The notes under the pieces: model-generated
Databases searched by the model: none
The model's input: only the letters and a program-made list of their open reading frames with translations
What the model was told of the DNA's origin: nothing
Translations under genes and position numbers: made by a program
Shown here: piece after piece, positions 53,832-64,000 of the stretch
Numbering within the stretch: the first letter of the stretch is position 1
How the letters are laid out: each line of letters begins with the position of its first letter
Assembly (NCBI RefSeq): GCF_000181795.1
Contig: NW_003526948.1
Span: 430,352 to 494,351 of the forward strand
DNA length: 64,000 nt
Reading direction: 5' to 3'
DNA from: Trichinella spiralis
Lineage: Eukaryota

Positions 53832-55933
53832 TTATAAATTCCAAGAAGTTATCATCTCTGCTAACAATGCTGCATGATGTGATCTGGTCAGCGCATGCAA
53901 ATCATTGAGCCGAAGTAAAATTTTTAACCACCGAGCTATATCATTGGAATATGTTTCTGTATCATAATTACGTAAAGTTGCCATAGTATTCCTTTGCATA
54001 TCTTTTATCAGTTTAGTATTTTGTATTTCATGTTTATCTGGGTAACGATCAACTGAAAATTAAAACAGAGATAATAAATATTTTTTTAATTAAAAATCAT
54101 TGTAATTTAAAGTAATAAATGAGAATGCTTACCCAAACTGAGCAAAGTTAATGCATGAGCAAGCGCTATTTCACAGTCATCCAAACGAATACGACTCACT
54201 GCGGCAAATACCCTGATAATATTATTGAATTTTTCTGGCATGTGCTCTTCATCGATCATTCTGAGCGGTGGGTAAAAGCGTTCTTCATTCGGATCATAGC
54301 AGAGTGCCATTCGAAGCAATGCTAATTCAAACCAGCAACACTTGAAGACAGTCAGCTGATCGGCTTCACTTAGCTGAATAACAACACTTTTTGTATTTAA
54401 TAGCAATTTTATTTACAAAATTTAAAATAATTACAAGGCAAAATTGAGGAATGAAACGAGTGAAAGCAACCACTTGACGAATGTAGGCACTAACACGTTC
54501 ACCTCTGTTCAATTTCGTTCCATCAGGATTGATTGAAGATTCCTAAAAGTAATTGAAGCAATTTTTTAATTCATGCATCGAGAATTTCTTGTTCATTAAA
54601 TCCATACTTGAAAAGTTGATGCATAGTTTACAGTGAGTGAATCTATGAAACTTCGCTGCTCTTCAGAAAGCTTGAATGCGGTGACTTGATCACGAACGTA
54701 TTGCAACATACGACGCTCTCGATTATTTTCAATCAGACGTCTTTTTGCAGCTCTTTCATATCTTGACAGCACCACTGCAATTTTTTGAAACTAACTTATA
54801 ATTTTCAAATGAATCCCCTTCTCCCCCCCCCCACCAAAAATATGAAAAATGATGGTTTACACTGTGTAGCCATGCCAGCGGAAATGCATTTTTCAAACCG
54901 ACAACTTTGACAATGATTTCTAGTGAATTTATTGATGAGACACTTGTTATCTAACTTGCAGCTGTAGACTAAGCATTTTTGAATTGTGCGACGAAAAAAA
55001 CCCTATTTCAAGTATAAATAAATCAAAATTGAAATTTCAACGCACGTATGTATGTAATCTTGTGCAATCATTGATTACTTTGCAGCCTTCGCAAGTCATG
55101 CACCGATAATGAAAACCAGTAGCCGCATCTCCACAAACTACACATTTTTCCGATCCATTAATAAGATAACTGGGTACGTATGGTTCACCTAACGAAAAGA
55201 AGCAAATGTATATTATTAATGCAACTGAAGTTATATTGCTGTTGTAAAATATAAAATTAAACATTTTATAAAACGTTTTCTAACAAAATGCAGTTCTGTT
55301 TATTGTTCATAGCAAAATAATATTTTTTTAACACAGTTAGTTTTATTATATGATATGAAATTTTATAAGAATGAAAGAATAATTAATTTGATTTATGTTA
55401 TTTACATCAGAGGAAAGATATAGTGGCACAATAGTGTCTGGCCAATGGAGCTGTTCTTATAAAATATGTTTAATCATGTTATCTGGTGTTGGAAAGGTGA
55501 ACTTCGCGGATGTACACTGCTGACCTGCTGGCCACAACTGAAGACAATAGTTGTGAACTATTGCTTGCGAGCGGCAAAAACCAGCGTAATATTATTTCAC
55601 TGTAGGACTGATAACTGATCGACTATTTAACAGTTTAAATTATTTTAAATGCAAACTTCCATTTTGAAAACTCGCACTGAGTAGTCTCATTGAGAGTAGT
55701 ATAATCCTGAGTAAGATAGTTTTGAAAAGAGTATTATTACTGAAAAGAAAAAACGAAAACGTCCTTCAAACAGTTAGCTGAACAAACAAAGCAAAGAAGT
55801 CATACATACTTCTAGGTTTTGAACGTCCTTTAATTGGTATCACAGCATTAACCTGAGCAGCAGCTTCAGCAAAAGCGTGTCTTGCAGGTTTTAGAATCGG
55901 TTCTTCAGGTTGGCAAGATCCACGTTCTTCCAT
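53832..55933 (-). CDS. TR: Thyroid hormone receptor-like nuclear receptor (NR1A)
   Basis: Seven exons 55810-55933, 55079-55188, 54861-55002, 54608-54774, 54435-54542, 54133-54373, 53832-54052. YVPSYL + [33 protein letters not shown]-box [25 protein letters not shown] motifs [14 protein letters not shown]...[23 protein letters not shown]. Confidence 0.9.
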
Positions 55934-56065
55934 CACGGTGAAATGAAAGCATTAAAGCAAAAAGCAACAGCAGTGAAGGAAGTTCAGCAGACACTAAACA
56001 CAATTCGAAACGGGTAGACCGATGATAGCTATGATTCAATTGTCTGGGCCACTTGCGTGAGCAAT

Positions 56066-56201
56066 TAACCTATGATAAAGTAGGTCAAAAAAATAAGTCC
56101 GAAGCCCAACTGTGATTGGTCTGAAGCAAAATTCAGCTTCACCGAATGACGGGGATGAGCAGATGTCATTTAGCTTTTACGTCTGGGTCATCAGGTGACC
56201 C
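56066..56201. promoter_or_regulatory. Cluster of nuclear-receptor half-sites and a CCAAT box upstream of the TR-like gene
   Basis: TAACCT-n10-AGGTCA (56066-56087, includes RORE-type AAAGTAGGTCA); ATTGG near 56115; GGGTCA-n5-TGACCC (56185-56201). Confidence 0.4.
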
Positions 56202-57937
56202 CAAATGTGAAAAAAACAACTCATATGAATCGCGTCACATTTTTATAGGACTATCATGGCGCAGCATGTTTTTATTATTAGTGAAAATGAATTACATTGA
56301 AATATATTTTCATATAATATTTACATTGTCTTATCTTATTAAAAATTTTTTAATGCATGAGACATGGAGAACTAAATGAAGTTGTAAACAAGAAGTTTAT
56401 TACAATGATTACCATATTAATTTTAAACAAAGAAATGAAAACTTTTAATGAAAAATATCAAAACAGAACAGTAAAGCATGAATTATCATAAAACAGTGAA
56501 GATTTATAGGCATGCTTTTATTTTTAACAAATTGAATAATAACAGTTCAACAAACGACAGCTTCGTTTATAAAGCATTCAGTGACAGTTAGGAAACAAAA
56601 ACGTGCGAATATTGCAATTAGAGATGTTTAATGCGAAATTTACGGTACAATTACGGTATTTACAATTTGTGGTGCCATGATTATTTCACTTCACACGAAT
56701 ATACGTTTGAATAATTTAAACCAGTAATTTATGCAGATGTTCTCTCGGTACGCTCTCCTATACTGCATCATTACCAAGCAGTGCATCAATAGCATTCATT
56801 TGGATTTTAGAAAACTTTTAATTAACAAGTTTCTTGACCCAAACTAGAAATTGTTAACTAATTAATTGCACGTAATGTGAAACCTGTGCGCGTTTCACAT
56901 TAAATAAGGCATATTTCATGCATAAATAACTGATATAGCATAACTTGAATGATATAAGTACGGCCATGATAAAATAATGTGAAAATAGTTACATAATCCA
57001 TTATTCATATTCAACAAACTGCACGAATAAACAATCTCTGACACAGAATGCAAATAAAATTTATTTGCATTATTTTCAAATTTATGTACATTTCTCAAAT
57101 GATGTCACAATTTATCATGAAATTCAGAAAGTATGGCATTCGATGTTAACAATCGAAAAAAAACAGGTGTTAAAATTTGATAAATTGCAGAACAAAAATA
57201 AGAATAATGTAAATATTGCCTAAAATTTGAAATTTTAATAAAAACAATGCTATATGAAGACCAAAAGACTGTAAAACAATGAATTGGTGTTGATCACTTT
57301 CATTTGCAATGATCAGAAAGCGGCTAAAATTTTCTAGTTCATAAAATACTTTTAATCTGAATATCGTAATGTTCAGAAATGAACTATGATCAAATAACTT
57401 CTGAATAAGCAAGGAAAACAATTTGCATGATATAGTTTCTCTTTTTTGCCTTACATTTAGAAGTAACGACAATACATATTCTGCCAAAAATATGAAAATT
57501 TGCAATGTGCAGTCAATTAATTAAATAAATTTCAAATAATATTATAGCATTTGTTTATAATTTTGATTATTTTTTACAATTTTTTAATTTTTTATTAGCG
57601 TTACTGTAACTTTTTAAACCTTTATTTACTTTTAAAAGCTACAGTAAACTTATAATAAATATTTAATAAAGAAAAATAGTTGTAGAATAATGTCGTTTTT
57701 TAATTTATGTTTTAGAAGAAACATTTACAGCACTGTATTTTCATTTTCTAACATGAGATTACATATTTCTTAATCACTGTTCATGTTTTGGCAAATATTT
57801 ATAAATTTCGAATTGCATATGTATATTACGTGAAAATTTAGTTGCAGTTTTGGTTTATTTGTTTAATTTAATTTAATAATTTAGTTGATTTTTATTGTAA
57901 CATATTATTTTTTAAGTAATTAAACAGATTGTTCATC

Positions 57938-59909
57938 ATGCTGCTAAGAGTGTTATTTCTGCGAGATTGCCGACGTTTTTCATACTATAACAATTTCGGC
58001 GCTTGTTTCATAAGAAGTAAGTAAATTCCTGCTATTAAATAAAAGTTTTATTAATTTTTATATACTTCTCAATGATATTGATTCTTTAGCATGCAAATGT
58101 CAACCAGCAGTTTGTTTCAACAGAAATTTGAGCGCATCATCTGTTCAATTAATTACTCCTTCGGTTTCTTCAGTTAAGAGTTTGTTCTTTTTTTCCTAAC
58201 CCTGCTTCTTTAAAAATTCCTTTTAGCCTTCTGCTCTGGCCGATATTGGTCCTATTCCAGATCCACCTACTCCACCGTCTGCAGAACAGCTGGCTGAAAT
58301 GAAAGTTATCCTGGGTAGCAAACTTGAATTTCTTGGTCTAGGAAGTTATTCACCATCGGGACTTGTACAACTTATGCTGAACTCGATTCATGATAATTTT
58401 GGCGTCCCTTGGTGGGCTTCTATTTTCTTATGTATATTAATTAAATTTTCTTATGAAATTATATGGCAAAAATTGTTTGGTCGAATATTTTAGGCACTAC
58501 TGGTGTTCGTCTGTTAACATTTCCAGTCATGATTTATTCACAACGAAATTCTGCTTTGATGTCAAATTTCACAGAAGGATTGGGCAAACTAAATAAAAAT
58601 TTAATTGAAGCACGGATACGCCGTGATAGATTTTCAGAGGAATTGGCAATGCTAGAATTGCAAGATTATATGAAAGAGCATAAAGCTGCTCAATTGTATG
58701 GAAGAATGTTTGCAATTTCGATGATACAAGTAATTGTTGCTATTTTATGAATTTTTTTACTTTTTCATAATTGTCATTTGACTTTTAAAAGTTTTTCCTT
58801 TTTGTCGGGTTTTCATTTTCTGAATATTTAAGTCTTAGTTATAATTTGACAACATACATAAATAATTATGATTTGTTGGCTTTTTATTAATATAAAAATT
58901 TAAAAAAGTACTGTTTTGGTATTTATTTTGATGATATAGCCAGTTCATAATATTGATGAAAATAATTTGATTTTTTTTGAAAAATATTTAAATAAAAGTT
59001 AATGACTTTTTCAGGGCAGTATATTTCTTACTTATTTTCTTGCCTTGAGAGGTATGTCTTACGCGCCGGTAATGTCCATGACTCAAAGCGGCTTCTTATG
59101 GATCACAGATATGACTCTACCAGATCCAGCTTGGATTTTACCATTGTATTCATCATTGTCTGTTTTGATAATTCTTGAAGTGAGTATTTTTTCAATACTT
59201 TTTATAATGAAATAAAATGTTAAATATTTAATATTTATCTGGGATTGTTTTATTCTCTTTTTTGTTTGTAGTTAGGATTAGAAACTGGCGTTTCAACAGA
59301 TTCAATGTCGAAATTCAAATGGGTAATGCGAGTAATGCCCATCGGCATGTTCTTTTTCATCAAAGATTATCCATCAGTAGGAGGTATTTTTTAAAAATGT
59401 ATCCCAAATAACAAAGCTGCTTTCACAGGCAATGTTGTTGCATTGGTGCGTAAGCAATACGTTTTCTTTGATTACGGCATTCTTGTTTCAAATTCCACGC
59501 ATAAGAGACTTTTTGAAAATTCCACCATTGAAGCGATCAATTTTCAGCCGTTTTCGAGCTAAAGATCTTGATGCAACAGCCGCATCAGTGGAAGTAAGTA
59601 AAAAAAAGTCGTTGAAAGCACGTTGGCTGGAATTTTATGAAAGTGAGCATATTTGATTTGTTTTGTTTTGTTTGTTTTTTGTGTTGTTTATTTTAATTTT
59701 CCATAATTGAAGGTAATTTTGTAACGCTTTCTGAAAGCAAAATTCGAGATCAAGATAGTCGAAACTTTATGCGCGCCGGCAAGGATGCGGCACCGCCTAC
59801 TTTTACGTACAATCCAAGAGATCGATTTCCTGAAGAATTTCAAAAAGAGAAACGTAAATTGCGTGATTTGATCGGTTTCAAAGAGCGAAAACCAAAAAAA
59901 ATGGATTGA
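57938..59909 (+). CDS. OXA1: Mitochondrial inner membrane insertase OXA1
   Basis: Arg-containing presequence-like N-terminus; GLGSYSPSGLVQ..GVPWWASI, TTGVRLLTFP, GFLWITDMTLPDP, LLHWCVSNTFSL, C-terminal FMRAGK..TFTYNP; multi-exon. Confidence 0.92.
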
Positions 59910-60140
59910 AAAAATGGATCGAGCATTTCATTAAGCAATAATAAATAAGTTTATGAATAAATGGTCATTGTAATATACTTGTCGTTATCGTTCACTTGCG
60001 TAATGACGCAACGTGCATAAGGGATGCCAGAGGGGGAATGTCCACGATTATATATTTGCATTTCACAAAATTTTCTTAACATTGCTTCAACAGCAACTAT
60101 ACAAATTGCCGAAATCATTTGCACATTTAGCATCAAATCA

Positions 60141-60999
60141 ATGAACAAGTTGATTGTAAATTTCTTCTACACAGCTTGTTTTCTTTTTCTTTGTTTTTGC
60201 CATTTAAGCACAGCTGAAGATGATGGTAAGTTGTAATTTCAATTTTTTTATTTAAACTTTATCGCTGATCATTTTTTGTATTTTTGCAACAGATGATGTG
60301 TGCACTTGGCCGCTTGACAGAGGAAGTTGTGAAAAGTATTCGATTCGTTGGTTTTACAACGAAACTACGGAAATGTGTGTGAAATTTTTGTACGGTGGCT
60401 GTCAAGGAAACGTGAACAATTTTATATCACGTATTGAATGTGAACGACGTTGCAGAAAATTCTCCTCCTACTCCCAGACTGGTATTATTGGAGGAAATGA
60501 GAAAATGAGGATGAAAAAAAAAGCTTTTTAAAAAAAATTTTTCTTTGTAAATTTCACTTGTTATTTTTCTTTCAAGGTGACAACTGTCTGCTTGATGTGA
60601 ATCCGGGTTTGTGCAAAAATGTGCAACTGCGATGGTATTTCAACAAAAAGAAGGGAACGTGTGAGAGTTTTATTTACGGTGGATGCGGTGGGAATGGAAA
60701 CAACTTCCATACTGAAGAAGAATGTCAGAATCAATGTTTGAATACAAGTGAGAAAGTGAACCCTTCTGGTGCAATGTTCAACTTGTGCTTTTCTGTGTTC
60801 AGATTTGTGCCATGGAAAAGTGGACGGTTATTACATTTATGACGAGTCGAATCCATGCACGAGGCATTTTTACAGATGTTCCAATGCCAGATATGATGCA
60901 TTTTACTGTCTGGAAAATTGGAGATTTGATATAGTTAACGGCGCGTGTGCTTTATCCCATTGTCTGAAAGTTTGCAACGCATTTGGACGTGGATGCTGA
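60141..60999 (+). CDS. Secreted protein with two Kunitz domains and a C-terminal chitin-binding (peritrophin-A/CBM14-like) domain
   Basis: Exons 60141-60225 (signal peptide), 60293-60481 (Kunitz 1), 60577-60747 (Kunitz 2), 60803-60999 (CHGKVDGYY..PCTRHFYRC..C..FD..C); all introns phase 1. Confidence 0.88.
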
Positions 61000-61473
61000 A
61001 AAATATTTTTTGTGGAGCATTAGATTTTTACGTCATGTGCTCGAATTAACATGGTGTTTTTTTGCTTTTTCTTATCTTCTTATGATAATGCTTGCATCAA
61101 AACGAGAATATTTTTCTTCTGAATACAATTTATATGAAAATATTGAAATTTCTATTGTAGCTCAACATTCAATAGGATTAAAATCACATTGTCAGAGGAG
61201 ACAGATGAAAGAAAAAAGTCAACTGTAACTGATGGGCTTATAAAATGGACTGGTCGGTGTGGTAACTTTTTCAACGAGCATGCATCACAGTGGAAAAGTA
61301 TCGGATCAGCTTAGTCTGAAAAAAATTTGTCAAACAAATTACCATTGAATGACGGTGAAAAATGCGACGTTTTGCAATAGAAAAATTTTGGCAGACAATG
61401 AATTGATAAAGAAAAGTCTGCCAAAGAACGGCAATTGACAAAACCGCGCAGGTCTGTTATTAAGTGAATGTCG

Positions 61474-62559
61474 TTATTTTTGACGAGCCAACAAGTCTGG
61501 TACGAAATTCGGGATGCATTCACTTTTTTCAACGAACCAGCTTTGTAAATCTTGCGCTTTGGGGCTAATATGGAAATTGCCATTGTTCTTCTCGTCGGTT
61601 AAATGTTGGCAAAGGCGACAGAAGCCACTGTTCACTCCATCCGGGAAAGTTACAGTTTCGTAATGTTTTCTCCATTCGAAATACTGGATGTATTTTTCGT
61701 CGTCTGATGCAAGCTGGTGCAAGTAGTCGGCCAATTTTTGTGGACTATCAAAATCGTCCGCTGCGATGAACGCATCTCCAGGAACGTGCGCTTCATAAAT
61801 GGATCTGTTGAAGATGATTGGAATCGAGACCATATTGATGCGGTTGAAAATCTTTTCCGTTACCCAATCATTGCAGACGCTGTTTTCCATTGCCAGATAG
61901 AACTTGTAATCTCGACGGAACAGTTGCTCACATGGATCTTCTTCAGTATAGATCAGTTCCGTTTTGGCGCATTTGTCCAAACCACATTTTCCGTATATGT
62001 CGAGGTCGATGTGCTTTTTCAGCTCATCCATGTAGAGGTAACGTTTGCTGGCCGCTTTGCAATTGCTGCCGAGCCAGCCGATCATCTTCGTCTTGTTCCT
62101 TGCCACTGCTAGCAATTGCTCACGATCAATTTCAATGGGGTTTTTTCTACGTTTGAAATATCCAAATGGCGAATAGATATCCGAGTCAGTTCTGTAAGTC
62201 ATTGTCAGCGTGTAGAAGTTCTTTTTGAGCTTGTCGAAAGCTTCCAACGATTTATAATAGGGCGTTTCCATCAGAAAGAAAACAAAATGCTGTTTATCCA
62301 ATCGTTGGGGGGGCAGATCGTTCACATCTACCGTGCGGTCGTAAAACACCACAGCCGCACTGTTGTTCAACATCCTGCGGTCGTAAGTCAGTTGGCACTT
62401 TTGTTCTGGACAGAATTTTAAAAAATCGTTTGTTATATTTGCATCTGAATAATGAGTCCACATGAGGATGTTAATCTTTTCTTCAGATACGCATTCTGCT
62501 AGATTGAAAGTGAAAAGAACTAAGGCGATTTTGGAAAAACCAATTCCTACCAGCGTCAT
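61474..62559 (-). CDS. Alpha-1,3-fucosyltransferase (GT10), single exon
   Basis: 361-aa ORF with ETP, TMTYRTDSDI, SNC, YKFYLAMENSVCNDWVTEK, FIAADDFDSPQKLADYL, YFEWR and C-terminal FCRLC motifs. Confidence 0.95.
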   Translation of the reverse strand: MTLVGIGFSKIALVLFTFNLAECVSEEKINILMWTHYSDANITNDFLKFCPEQKCQLTYDRRMLNNSAAVVFYDRTVDVNDLPPQRLDKQHFVFFLMETPYYKSLEAFDKLKKNFYTLTMTYRTDSDIYSPFGYFKRRKNPIEIDREQLLAVARNKTKMIGWLGSNCKAASKRYLYMDELKKHIDLDIYGKCGLDKCAKTELIYTEEDPCEQLFRRDYKFYLAMENSVCNDWVTEKIFNRINMVSIPIIFNRSIYEAHVPGDAFIAADDFDSPQKLADYLHQLASDDEKYIQYFEWRKHYETVTFPDGVNSGFCRLCQHLTDEKNNGNFHISPKAQDLQSWFVEKSECIPNFVPDLLARQK

Positions 62560-64000
62560 TGTCGGGCAGCTTTCTTAAACAACAGTAAGCGTTAAATTGT
62601 TAAAAGATGAAAAAGGAAAAGTTTGCTGATTACCGCTTTGCGTAAATGCTCACCGCTTGTTAAGCCAATTTTCTAGCCTCTCGACCAACAATCCGCCATA
62701 TATAAAGTAAAATGCATAAGGTTATCAGATGCTATCTGTATTAAAAATTGCTAATTTCACGTGCTTATTGATTTTGCTTAAGTACAAAAAAATGTCATTA
62801 TCCATGCAGTTGCTTGCTTTCGCAAATGTCTTAGCAAAACGTAAAGGTTAACAACCAACTGTTTGTTTCACTTGCAGCAGCAGACGGTCGATTACCTTTG
62901 AAAGGTAAAGTTTTCTGCGTCCTTACCTTTTGACTTGCAAAGAGTGAAATATTGTAATAAGTATTTTCGAAGGCTGAGCTATTGCTTAATATGCATTGTT
63001 CTGAGGGCATGCAATTATTCGACACTTAAAATTATTCTTACTGAAACCTTAACGTTTCAAAATAGTGACCATTTTCGTGCTATTCAGCCGTGTGTAAATG
63101 TTTTTTAAATTCACGTTTGTCAAGCAGTTATTGCTCGTCTCAAATTTCATCGAAAATTACCAAGCAAGAATGCCACATTTTGATTTAGTCTAACTGGGGA
63201 ACAAATTTTTTCACTCCGTTTTCTTACTGGTCGTTGAAAGCATTCTCTTATTGGACGTCCGTGCCGTAGTCAGATTGGCTTCCCTTGGCTAATTGTTCAT
63301 TGATTCAAACTTTTCCATTGTGATTAGTTGCAATATTTCTCGTTTCATTGGTCCAAATATTTCTATTTTATGAATGTAATGAATGATAATTGTGTATAAG
63401 AGAATTATGAGACAATTCTGTCAGTATGTAATTTGAAAATGCAGAAACGCTGTTTTAACAACAAGCAACAGATCAGCTAAATCATAAGCGCTACTATTAA
63501 CCTCGAATTTTCCTTTATCATTGCAATAGTTCACAATGAGACAAGTTTAAATGTTGCGAAAGGTTGCGTTTATTTATTACACACAAATGGTAAAAAGTAA
63601 TGGCGAGTGAAGTCTCAGTTAACATTCGTCAACGTCTGATGTAAAAAATGTTTGTTCAAGCACACAAAAAAACGGAGCTATTACTGCGAAGAATTAGCAT
63701 GCAACAGTTTGTTTCAACAGTTATAAATGAAAATGGATGCTTTTAATAAAACTCTATCAAAGCCCTTTGACGATGCCAACTGAAAGAAATGGAAGGCACC
63801 AAGTAGAAAACTGTTAAAGTTTCTTCATTTTACACGGTTCAGTTTCTTCATTTGACTTCAGGATTGGCGCTGTTTGTAATTAAATTAAAACTGTTGGCGC
63901 CACATTGTTGATTTTTCAGATAAATTTTGAACTTTCCTGACATCATACCCGGAAGTGCTGCTAAAATTTATTTGCGTTTAGCAATTTACTGAAAATGCGT

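Noticed and set aside
61717..62421. Plus-strand ORFs opposite the fucosyltransferase
   Set aside because: Antisense shadows with no recognisable domain
1..64000. CRISPR arrays, prokaryotic defence systems, rRNA, transposase or reverse-transcriptase ORFs
   Set aside because: The sequence is intron-rich eukaryotic DNA; no repeat-spacer array or such ORFs were seen

Overview
AT-rich eukaryotic genomic DNA with many short (about 45-70 nt) GT-AG introns and TTTTCAG-type acceptors. The gene content is nematode-like, most consistent with a clade I nematode such as Trichinella (inference). I assembled exons by eye into about 12 genes: the 3' end of a PLDLS/NLS protein, a giant Lustrin/WR1 cysteine-repeat secreted protein, jagunal, POLE3/CHRAC17, the DLK-1 MAP3K, an SLC4A11/abts-like transporter, a Kunitz/Lustrin/EB matrix protein, a possibly disrupted C-type-lectin-like gene, an orphan PH-like-domain gene, a thyroid-hormone-receptor (TR/NR1A)-type nuclear receptor, OXA1, a 2xKunitz + chitin-binding protein and an intronless alpha-1,3-fucosyltransferase. 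The top finding is a complete TR-like gene (53832-55933). C. elegans and Drosophila lack this receptor class. It has a remodelled ligand-binding domain C-terminus and a cluster of nuclear-receptor elements upstream. Next to it lies a gene resembling the plant/fungal HOY1/Pho2-type PH-like domain. All homology calls come from recalled motifs, not database searches.
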